Origin: Candidatus Saccharimonadota bacterium
Lineage (GTDB): Archaea; Nanobdellota; Nanobdellia; Pacearchaeales; GW2011-AR1
Reading direction: 5' to 3'
DNA length: 32,000 nt
Assembly (NCBI GenBank): GCA_026002795.1
Contig: BPGA01000001.1
Span: forward strand, 330,001-362,000
A program made the position numbers and the translations under genes. Shown piece after piece: positions 1 to 6,094 of this stretch. The number at the start of each line of letters is the position of its first letter. Within the stretch, counting starts at the first letter, position 1. The notes under the pieces were generated by a model, which was not told the origin of the DNA, made no database searches, and saw nothing but the letters and a program-made list of their open reading frames with translations.

Positions 1-1
1 T

Positions 2-160
2 TTAAATCAAGGAAATCCTTCTTTGAAAAATTTTTGCAATATTAAAGGAGAAAACTTTCCGGTTTGTTTAGAAAAAACGCTTTATACTATAGACAAACAA
101 AACAACCAATATCAAATAAAAATTCTTTCAATAGTTAGAAAAACAGAAAAAAATGTTTAA
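2..160 (+). CDS. 3' fragment of an ORF whose start lies outside the window; function unknown, possibly part of the pilin-like operon
   Basis: Frame 2 is open from the window edge for 52 codons (LNQGNPSLKNFCNIKGENFPVCLEKTLYTIDKQ...RKTEKNV*) in stop-rich AT-rich DNA. Its TAA (158-160) overlaps the next ATG at 153 (ATGTTTAA). Not in the ORF track because there is no ATG in the window. Confidence 0.35.
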   Translation, partial: LNQGNPSLKNFCNIKGENFPVCLEKTLYTIDKQNNQYQIKILSIVRKTEKNV

Positions 161-356
161 AAAAGCACAAGTAGGAGAAACAACAAGTTGGATTTTTGCA
201 ACTATAGTTATAATAACAATTATTCTTATTTCGCTTTTCATTGTTCAATTTTATCAAGGAAAAAATAAAGAGATAGAAGAGTTAAAAACAGTAGATGTTG
301 TTGCCGCAAAATCTCTTTTTTCATACATTCTAACAAAAAATAAAACAGAAGAGTAA
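153..356 (+). CDS. Class III signal peptide (type IV pilin-like) protein 1, N-terminal part; apparently frame-broken
   Basis: N-terminus MFKKA/QVGETTSWIFATIVIITIILISLFIV has a short basic n-region ending KKA followed by a ~25-aa hydrophobic helix, typical of archaeal prepilins. At 67 aa the ORF is too short to include a globular pilin domain. Confidence 0.6.
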   Translation: MFKKAQVGETTSWIFATIVIITIILISLFIVQFYQGKNKEIEELKTVDVVAAKSLFSYILTKNKTEE

Positions 357-357
357 T

Positions 358-660
358 GAAGAAGTTGTTTATAATTTATTAAAAGAAAATAAATCCTTTG
401 ATAATTTTACAGGAACTTTAGCCAAAAAAATTTTTACAGAGTATGAAAGAAACTATGAAGATGTTTGGATTGGGTTTAAAGAGGATACAACTTTTTTTCC
501 ATTTAAATCAAACGATTTTTTTGGAGGAAAGCCTAGTGGAGTAAGAGGTGGTGACATTCATTTTGGATCTAGAATAGTGAAAAGATATGAAGAATACATA
601 TTTTTAGATAGTAACTGGTCTTTAGTTATGTACCTTTCAAAAGAGAAAAGCATAAAATGA
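358..660 (+). other. Start-less open frame (+1 relative to 153..356), probable continuation of pilin-like protein 1
   Basis: Frame 1 is open from 334 to the TGA at 658-660, about 100 codons (EEVVYNLLKENKSFDNFTGTLAKKIFTEYERNYEDVWIGFKEDTTFFPF...SLVMYLSKEKSIK*). It has no ATG/GTG/TTG near its 5' end. Its stop overlaps the next gene's ATG (ATGA at 657-660). Confidence 0.5.
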
Positions 661-956
661 AAATAAAAAACAAAAAAGGAGATGTGCCTGTAACAATCTT
701 AGTTTTAGGAGTGATAATCATTTTTATTTCAGCAATTATAAGTTTTTCATTTTCTTCTTTTTTATTTAAAAAAGATTTTAATTTAGAGAGTATAGAGCAG
801 GCAAAAATTATGAAAGAAAAATTTTTAGTTTATCAAGAATTAGGTGTTGAAGATGTAGAATCTAAATTTGCACCCCCTTTAAAAGAAGACGCGCAAGGAA
901 AGTTCATAGAAATAGAGGAAGAAAAAATTAAAGTAAAAATTTATATTCTGGACTAA
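657..956 (+). CDS. Class III signal peptide (type IV pilin-like) protein 2; apparently frame-broken near the 3' end
   Basis: N-terminus MKIKNKKG/DVPVTILVLGVIIIFISAIISFSF has a KKG motif followed by a hydrophobic helix. Confidence 0.6.
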   Translation: MKIKNKKGDVPVTILVLGVIIIFISAIISFSFSSFLFKKDFNLESIEQAKIMKEKFLVYQELGVEDVESKFAPPLKEDAQGKFIEIEEEKIKVKIYILD

Positions 957-1102
957 ATGGAGAATTTGTTAATCAGTTAGCAACAGGATCTCAATGTAAT
1001 AATAATTTTGAATGTTCAAGCAATTTATGTATTGAGGATCAGTGCGTAGAGGGTGGATTATTTCAAAAAATAATAAACTGGTTAAAAAACTTATTTTCTT
1101 AA
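932..1102 (+). other. Start-less open frame (-1 relative to 657..956) encoding a 4-Cys module and an amphipathic tail, probable continuation of pilin-like protein 2
   Basis: Frame 2 is open from 932 to the TAA at 1100-1102: SKNLYSGLNGEFVNQLATGSQCNNNFECSSNLCIEDQCVEGGLFQKIINWLKNLFS*. There is no ATG/GTG/TTG in frame. Cys spacing is regular (C-x6-C-x4-C-x4-C). Confidence 0.45.
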
Positions 1103-1211
1103 ATTTATTTAATGTAAAGAAAGAAAAAAATTTACTATTAATTTTATTTTATGATTTATTCAGGTTTTAATTTATGCTTTTTGAATACTACAGAAAACGT
1201 TAATAAAAACA

Positions 1212-1219
1212 TTTTTAAA
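1212..1219 (+). promoter_or_regulatory. TATA-like box (TTTTTAAA) for pilin-like gene 3
   Basis: The box starts exactly 29 nt upstream of the ATG at 1241, the same spacing seen at many other genes in this window. Confidence 0.5.
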
Positions 1220-1240
1220 GAAAATAAACATATTTGTATA

Positions 1241-1609
1241 ATGAGCATAGTTAACGATCTTATCAAAATTAATGAAAAAAAAGGACAGGGTTTAAGTACA
1301 AACGCAATAATCTTAATTGTTTTAGGTGTTATAGTTTTAGTTGTTTTGGCTTTAGGTTTTACACTTGGTTGGAATAGAATACTACCTTTTATAAGTCAAA
1401 ACAATGTAGAGAACATAAAAACAGCTTGCGTTACTGCTTGTACAACACAAAGCGTTTATGATTATTGTACTGCAAATAGAACATTAAAAGCAGAAGACCT
1501 TCCTGGAGGAGTTAAAGAGGTGAAAAATACATGCAACTTCTTTGCTACAAACCCAGAGTTTTCAAAATACGGAATAGAGGTTTGTAGCTCAATTACCTGT
1601 CCTTCTTAA
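1241..1609 (+). CDS. Class III signal peptide (type IV pilin-like) protein 3, Cys-rich
   Basis: From the internal Met: MSIVNDLIKINEKKG/QGLSTNAIILIVLGVIVLVVLALGF, with a KKG/Q site and a hydrophobic helix. The C-terminal domain has 7 Cys (CVTACTT...YCT...CNFF...CSSITC). The ORF track starts at 1151, but the -29 TATA box and the usually short prepilin leader favour 1241. Confidence 0.7.
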   Translation: MSIVNDLIKINEKKGQGLSTNAIILIVLGVIVLVVLALGFTLGWNRILPFISQNNVENIKTACVTACTTQSVYDYCTANRTLKAEDLPGGVKEVKNTCNFFATNPEFSKYGIEVCSSITCPS

Positions 1610-1736
1610 ACTTTAATATTTCTAATGACAGACTTTGTGTATCCTGAAAAAAGAAATAAGAAAAAAGAAAAATTAAAAGAAAGAAAAAGATATCCTTATA
1701 AAAAAGGCGGAAGAGAAAGAAAAAGATTATCTTAAG

Positions 1737-2549
1737 ATGGTTCTTTTTTTATTTTTTTTATCTCTTTTTTGGATTATTGCAGCTACAATAGAAGATTTTA
1801 AAAAAAAAGAAATTGAAAACTGGATTAGTTTTTCCTTAATAATTTTTGCTCTTGGCTTTAGATTTTTCCATAGTTTATTTTTTGAAGATTTTAATTTTTT
1901 TTATCAAGGGATTTTTGGCTTACTTGCTTTCTTTATTATAGGAAATGTCTTTTATTATTCTAGATTTTTTGCAGGAGGTGATTCAAAACTTTTTATGTCT
2001 TTAGGTCCAATAATTTTTTTATCTTTAGACTTGAAAAATAATTTAAGTTTAACTTTATTTTTTTTAGTTTTATTCTTTGTTATAAGCGCAATTTATATAA
2101 TAATAGCAAGTACTTATCTTGCATTTAAAAATTCAAAAAAAACAATTAAAGAGTTTAAAAAACAATTTGAATACAATAAAAAAAACATCTATGCAATACT
2201 TATTTTCTCTTTAATTTTAATGGTTTTTGGATTAATCTTTTTTGAATTTCTTTTTTTTCTTGGTTTTTTGTTTTTTTTACTTCCATATTTTTTTATTCTT
2301 TTGAAATCAATAGAAGAAGCTTGTCTTATTAAAAAAATAGATACAAAAAATTTGACTGAAGGAGATTGGCTTTATGAAGATGTTAAAATTGGAAGAAACA
2401 CCATAAAAAAGAGTTGGCACGGATTAACAAAAAAAGAAATAAATCTTATAAGAAAAAAATATAAAAAAATAAAAATTAAAGAAGGAATTCCCTTTACCCC
2501 AACTTTTTTAATTTCTATTGTTATTTTTTTCTTGCTTAAGGTATTCTAG
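1737..2549 (+). CDS. Type IV prepilin/preflagellin peptidase, A24 family (FlaK/PibD-like)
   Basis: Polytopic membrane protein carrying both catalytic Asp motifs. The first is IAATIEDFKKKEIENW near the N-terminus, close to my recollection of FlaK (QDFRSREIED). The second is FFAGGDSKLFMSLG, the GxGD-type motif. It lies directly downstream of three prepilin-like genes. Confidence 0.85.
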   Translation: MVLFLFFLSLFWIIAATIEDFKKKEIENWISFSLIIFALGFRFFHSLFFEDFNFFYQGIFGLLAFFIIGNVFYYSRFFAGGDSKLFMSLGPIIFLSLDLKNNLSLTLFFLVLFFVISAIYIIIASTYLAFKNSKKTIKEFKKQFEYNKKNIYAILIFSLILMVFGLIFFEFLFFLGFLFFLLPYFFILLKSIEEACLIKKIDTKNLTEGDWLYEDVKIGRNTIKKSWHGLTKKEINLIRKKYKKIKIKEGIPFTPTFLISIVIFFLLKVF

Positions 2550-3141
2550 GTTTAATCAATTCTACTGTCTTTTCTATCTTTTTTTCTGGCTTTCTCATTT
2601 CTTTTTTTGATAAAATCTCTTTAAGATATTCTAACTCTTCAAAATTTGCCTTTTTTCTGACTAGGTTTTTCTCGTCAGAGCCTTTATACAAGGGTATTAA
2701 ATTTATAATTTCATGACCAAAGAAATTAACTGTTTCTATTTTTATGTCTTTAGGCTTTAACTTTTCTTTTATTTTTTTAGAAATTTTTTTAACTAATTTC
2801 CAAGAATCAATTTTAATTTTTTCAGAAGAAGAAAAATGTTCTTTAGGAATTATTAAAACATGTCCTTTAGAGAGCGGATTAATTTCTAAAACAGCAATTG
2901 AATTTTTTGTTTCTCCTATTTTTTTCGATTCGATAATATTGGCAACAATCCCGCAAAAAACGCATTCAACTTTAATCTCTTTTTTTAATAAATTATTCTT
3001 AACTAAGAATTCTTCAAGTTCATGAGGAGACATAGAGATAATTTTTTGTATCGCAAAATCTTTTTTTTCCTCTGGAAAACTTTTTTCTATATGCTCAATT
3101 AATTGTTTTTTTATTTTTTCAGTTTCTTTTTCGCTTAACAT
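2536..3141 (-). CDS. HIT-fold protein with an N-terminal helical extension; histidine triad degenerate
   Basis: The HIT-like core is CVFCGIVANI...AVLEINPLSKGHVLIIPKEH. Where HxHxHxx-P is expected the sequence reads GHEIINLIP, retaining only the first His. The 3' end overlaps the convergent peptidase gene by 14 nt. Confidence 0.6.
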   Translation of the reverse strand: MLSEKETEKIKKQLIEHIEKSFPEEKKDFAIQKIISMSPHELEEFLVKNNLLKKEIKVECVFCGIVANIIESKKIGETKNSIAVLEINPLSKGHVLIIPKEHFSSSEKIKIDSWKLVKKISKKIKEKLKPKDIKIETVNFFGHEIINLIPLYKGSDEKNLVRKKANFEELEYLKEILSKKEMRKPEKKIEKTVELIKPRIP

Positions 3142-3197
3142 TATTCATAAAACTTTTTTAATTTAATAAAACTATCTAAAAATAAATTTTTAAAAGT

Positions 3198-3461
3198 TTA
3201 ACCTAAAGCTCTTCTAATATCTAAAATTTCTACTGAATTCACTTCTTCCATGTTTTGAATTTTAATTTCTAAAGGTTCTAAATCTTTATCTTCGGGATAT
3301 AAAAAAGTTACAATTAGTGCCTTCAATCCAAAAGCAATCGGCTCAACTTCATAATTAATATTTTCTGCTTCACTTAAAATATTTTTTAACTTGTTTTTTA
3401 ATGACTCAAAATTTGTTTCTATTGTTTTTGGCATAATTTTTATTTTAACAATGATGGCCAT
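3198..3461 (-). CDS. ef1b: Translation elongation factor aEF-1 beta
   Basis: 87 aa, the typical size. MAIIVKIKIMP...VEPIAFGLKALIVTF...VNSVEILDIRRALG matches the archaeal EF-1beta pattern. Confidence 0.85.
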   Translation of the reverse strand: MAIIVKIKIMPKTIETNFESLKNKLKNILSEAENINYEVEPIAFGLKALIVTFLYPEDKDLEPLEIKIQNMEEVNSVEILDIRRALG

Positions 3462-3482
3462 TTTCTTAAAGAATAAAAAGAG

Positions 3483-3490
3483 TTTATAAA
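3483..3490 (-). promoter_or_regulatory. TATA box (TTTATAAA, palindromic) for ef1b
   Basis: On the minus strand the first base (3490) is 29 nt upstream of the A of the ATG (3461). Confidence 0.5.
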
Positions 3491-3512
3491 TTTTTTATTT
3501 CAAACAACAACA

Positions 3513-3520
3513 CTTAAAAA
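3513..3520 (+). promoter_or_regulatory. TATA-like box (CTTAAAAA) for the RPA-like gene
   Basis: Starts 29 nt upstream of the ATG at 3542. An identical octamer at identical spacing precedes ftsZ and secE. Confidence 0.45.
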
Positions 3521-3541
3521 GAAACATGTTTTATCGCATTT

Positions 3542-4474
3542 ATGGATAATTATGAAAGATTAATAGAAAAGATAGCTTCTATTTCAGGTCTTGAGAAAGA
3601 AGAGATAGAAATGAAAATTGAAGAAAAAAGAAATAAGCTTTCTGGGTTGATAAGCAAAGAAGGAGCAGCTCAAATTGTTGCAGCAGAGCTTGGAATCTCT
3701 CTAGATCAAGAAAAATTTAAAATAGGTGAACTAGTTCCAGGAATGAGGAAAGTTAATGTTATTGCAAAGGTTATAGACCTTTCTCCAATTAGGGTTTTTA
3801 AGACAAAATCTGGAAAAGAGAGTAAAGTTGTTTCGTTAAATATTGCAGATGAAACTTCAAATATAAGAGCTGTTTTATGGGATACAAAACACATAGAACT
3901 TATAGAAAAAGGAGAGATTTCTTTAGGAAGCGTTGTTGAAATAAAAAACGCAACAATAAGAGAAAACGAACTCCATCTTGGAAATTTTTCTGAGATTAAA
4001 TCAATTAACCATAATTTTGAAAGTATCGTTACAGAAAAACAATATCAAGAAAAAGAAATTTCTAAAATAAGAAAAGGAGAAAGCGTTAAAGTGAGAGCTT
4101 TTATTGTTCAAATTTTCGAACCAAGAACTTATTTTTTCTGTTCTGAATGCAATAAAAAAATAGAACAAGAAATATGCCAAATACATTCTGATAATATTCC
4201 TGAAAAAAGAATTGTTTTTAATGTTATTCTAGATGACGGATCTTCATCAATAAGAGCTGTTTTTTTTAATGATCTTGTTAGCTTTATTGGTTATAACAAT
4301 ATAGATGAAAAAGAAAAAAATAATTTTTTGATAGACAACTTACTAGGTAAAGAAATGTACTTTTATGGAGACATTAGGGAAAACGCTTTTTTTAATAATC
4401 TAGAGCTTATTGTTGATAAGATAGAAGAAGTAAATATTGATGAGCTTTTAACAAAACTCGAAAGAAAAGATTAA
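3542..4474 (+). CDS. rpa: Replication protein A-like ssDNA-binding protein (OB folds plus zinc ribbon)
   Basis: N-terminal helical domain, then OB-fold-like segments (VNVIAKVIDLSPIRVFKTKSGKESKVVSLNIADETSNIRAVLWD; a second at VKVRAFIVQIFEP). An embedded Cys/His cluster reads CSECNKKIEQEICQIH. Confidence 0.75.
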   Translation: MDNYERLIEKIASISGLEKEEIEMKIEEKRNKLSGLISKEGAAQIVAAELGISLDQEKFKIGELVPGMRKVNVIAKVIDLSPIRVFKTKSGKESKVVSLNIADETSNIRAVLWDTKHIELIEKGEISLGSVVEIKNATIRENELHLGNFSEIKSINHNFESIVTEKQYQEKEISKIRKGESVKVRAFIVQIFEPRTYFFCSECNKKIEQEICQIHSDNIPEKRIVFNVILDDGSSSIRAVFFNDLVSFIGYNNIDEKEKNNFLIDNLLGKEMYFYGDIRENAFFNNLELIVDKIEEVNIDELLTKLERKD

Positions 4475-4559
4475 AGTAGACTTTGTAATAATAATTTTTG
4501 TTTTAATTCTTGTTTTAGTTTCAATTTTATCTTACTTTCTTGGTTTAAAAATAGGAGAC

Positions 4560-4889
4560 TTGAAAGCAAATAGAAAATGGGAGCTTGAAATTCCATTACA
4601 TAGAAAAGAGGCCATAGAGAAGTCTAGAGCTATTTTATCAGGCCAAATTTCAGAGCAGATTGCACCTTATTTTTATGATTTTCCTTATAAGCCAACTGAA
4701 TGCAGGTTTTTAGGAAAGCCCATAGATTTTATTGTTTTTCCTGGGCTAGAAGAAGGAAATCCAAGAGAAATAGTTTTTTTAGAAGTAAAAACAAACACCT
4801 CCAGCCTATCAAAAAAACAAAGAGCAATAAAAAAACTTGTTGAAGATAAAAAAGTTGGTTGGAAAGAGTATAAAATAAATTATGATTAA
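4560..4889 (+). CDS. Endonuclease related to the archaeal Holliday junction resolvase fold (COG4741-like)
   Basis: PD-(D/E)xK-type core: GKPIDFIVF...EIVFLEVKTNTSSLSKKQR. The track start is a TTG. An in-frame hydrophobic helix lies upstream (4476-4559) with no canonical start codon (see findings). Confidence 0.55.
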   Translation: MKANRKWELEIPLHRKEAIEKSRAILSGQISEQIAPYFYDFPYKPTECRFLGKPIDFIVFPGLEEGNPREIVFLEVKTNTSSLSKKQRAIKKLVEDKKVGWKEYKINYD

Positions 4890-4912
4890 GGATAGTCTAG
4901 AGCCAAATAATC

Positions 4913-4920
4913 TTTATAAA
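4913..4920 (+). promoter_or_regulatory. TATA box (TTTATAAA) for radA
   Basis: Starts 29 nt upstream of the ATG at 4942, implying a leaderless or near-leaderless mRNA. Confidence 0.55.
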
Positions 4921-4941
4921 GAGACGCTATGTTAGAATTTT

Positions 4942-5919
4942 ATGGTGTCTAAAAATAAGCCAGAAGAAATTAAACTTACAGATCTTCCTGGTGTTGGTTC
5001 AGCAGTTGCATCAAAACTAGAGTCTGCAGGAATATATGATGTTATGGCTGTTGCTGTTTTAGCCCCTTCTTCTTTATCAGAACTAGCAGGAATTAGTGAA
5101 AGCAACGCCAGAAAAATAATTCAGGCAGCTAGAAAAATGTTGGACCTAGGGTTTATTGAAGGAACAGAGTATGCAAAAAAAAGAGAGAGTGTTTTTTATA
5201 TAACAACAGGAAGTAAAGCACTAGATTCCTTATTAGGAGGTAAAGGAATTGAATCTAAGGCAATTACAGAGGTTTTTGGGGCTTATGGTTCTGGAAAAAC
5301 CCAAATTGGATTAATGCTATCTGTGAACGTTCAACTTCCTTACGAAAAAGGAGGAGCATCTGGAAAATGTGCTTTTATCGATACAGAAGGCACTTTTAGA
5401 CCATCAAGAATAAAGCAAATTGCAGAACAAAAAGAACTTAATCCAGAAAGCGTTTTAAAAAATATTTTTGTTGCAAGAGCTTTTAATTCAGACCATCAGA
5501 TATTGCTTGTTGATAAGATTTCTGAAATGATAAAAGAAGGTGAGAAAATAAAATTAGTTGTTGTTGATTCTTTAACAGCACATTTTAGAGCAGAGTTTTC
5601 AGGAAGAGGGATGCTAGCAGATAGACAGCAAAAACTTAATAGGTATATACATCAACTGATGAGACTTGCTGAAACTTATAATTTAGCTGTTTATGTTACT
5701 AATCAAGTTATGGCAAACCCTGCTCAGTTATTTGGTGATCCGACAACAGCTATAGGGGGGCATATTGTAGGACACGCTTCAACTTATAGAATCTATTTAA
5801 GAAGAGGAAAAGGAGGGACAAGAGTTGCAAAGATGATTGATTCTCCAAACCTTCCAGAGAACGAGGTTGTGTTTAATGTTACAGAGGCAGGAATTTCAGA
5901 TGGAAAGAGCGATGAATAA
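4942..5919 (+). CDS. radA: DNA repair and recombination protein RadA
   Basis: N-terminal HhH ([20 protein letters not shown]), Walker [10 protein letters not shown], Walker B LVVVDS, and RadA/Rad51-type length (325 aa). Confidence 0.95.
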   Translation: MVSKNKPEEIKLTDLPGVGSAVASKLESAGIYDVMAVAVLAPSSLSELAGISESNARKIIQAARKMLDLGFIEGTEYAKKRESVFYITTGSKALDSLLGGKGIESKAITEVFGAYGSGKTQIGLMLSVNVQLPYEKGGASGKCAFIDTEGTFRPSRIKQIAEQKELNPESVLKNIFVARAFNSDHQILLVDKISEMIKEGEKIKLVVVDSLTAHFRAEFSGRGMLADRQQKLNRYIHQLMRLAETYNLAVYVTNQVMANPAQLFGDPTTAIGGHIVGHASTYRIYLRRGKGGTRVAKMIDSPNLPENEVVFNVTEAGISDGKSDE

Positions 5920-5925
5920 GATAAA

Positions 5926-6072
5926 ATGTTTAAACTTAAAAAATGTCAAAAATGTAAGATTTATACATTACAAGAGAAATGTAGGATTTGCGGTAAAAAT
6001 ACAGAATCAGCTCACTACAAATACTTAAAATTTGAAAACAAAGTGCAAGATAAAAAAGAACAAATTATTTAA
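5926..6072 (+). CDS. nop10: H/ACA RNP protein Nop10
   Basis: 48-aa ORF not in the track: MFKLKKCQKCKIYTLQEKCRICGKNTESAHYKYLKFENKVQDKKEQII*. It has the zinc ribbon C-x2-C...YTL...C-x2-CG...T..AH typical of archaeal Nop10. Starts 7 nt after the radA stop. Confidence 0.75.
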   Translation: MFKLKKCQKCKIYTLQEKCRICGKNTESAHYKYLKFENKVQDKKEQII

Positions 6073-6094
6073 TTAAAGTCTTTTTATTTTTTTG

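Noticed and set aside
1151-1240. Upstream ATG (1151) used by the track for pilin-like gene 3
   Set aside because: It would add a 30-aa leader (MIYSGFNLCFLNTTENVNKNIFKENKHICI) before the prepilin signal, which is atypically long for class III signal peptides. The TTTTTAAA box at 1212 also sits exactly 29 nt upstream of the ATG at 1241 and would lie inside the longer ORF.
1625-1735. 36-aa highly basic micro-ORF (MTDFVYPEKRNKKKEKLKERKRYPYKKGGRERKRLS) between pilin-3 and the prepilin peptidase
   Set aside because: Translating A/G-rich spacer DNA in this genome automatically yields Lys/Arg/Glu strings. There is no recognisable motif and no -29 box, and it is not in frame with the peptidase. I kept it as a note only; conservation in relatives would be needed to take it seriously.
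5837-6028. 63-aa track ORF spanning the radA 3' end and the following spacer
   Set aside because: It is out of frame with both radA and the Nop10 reading frame. The Nop10 frame (5926..6072) gives a textbook zinc-ribbon peptide, whereas this one has no features.
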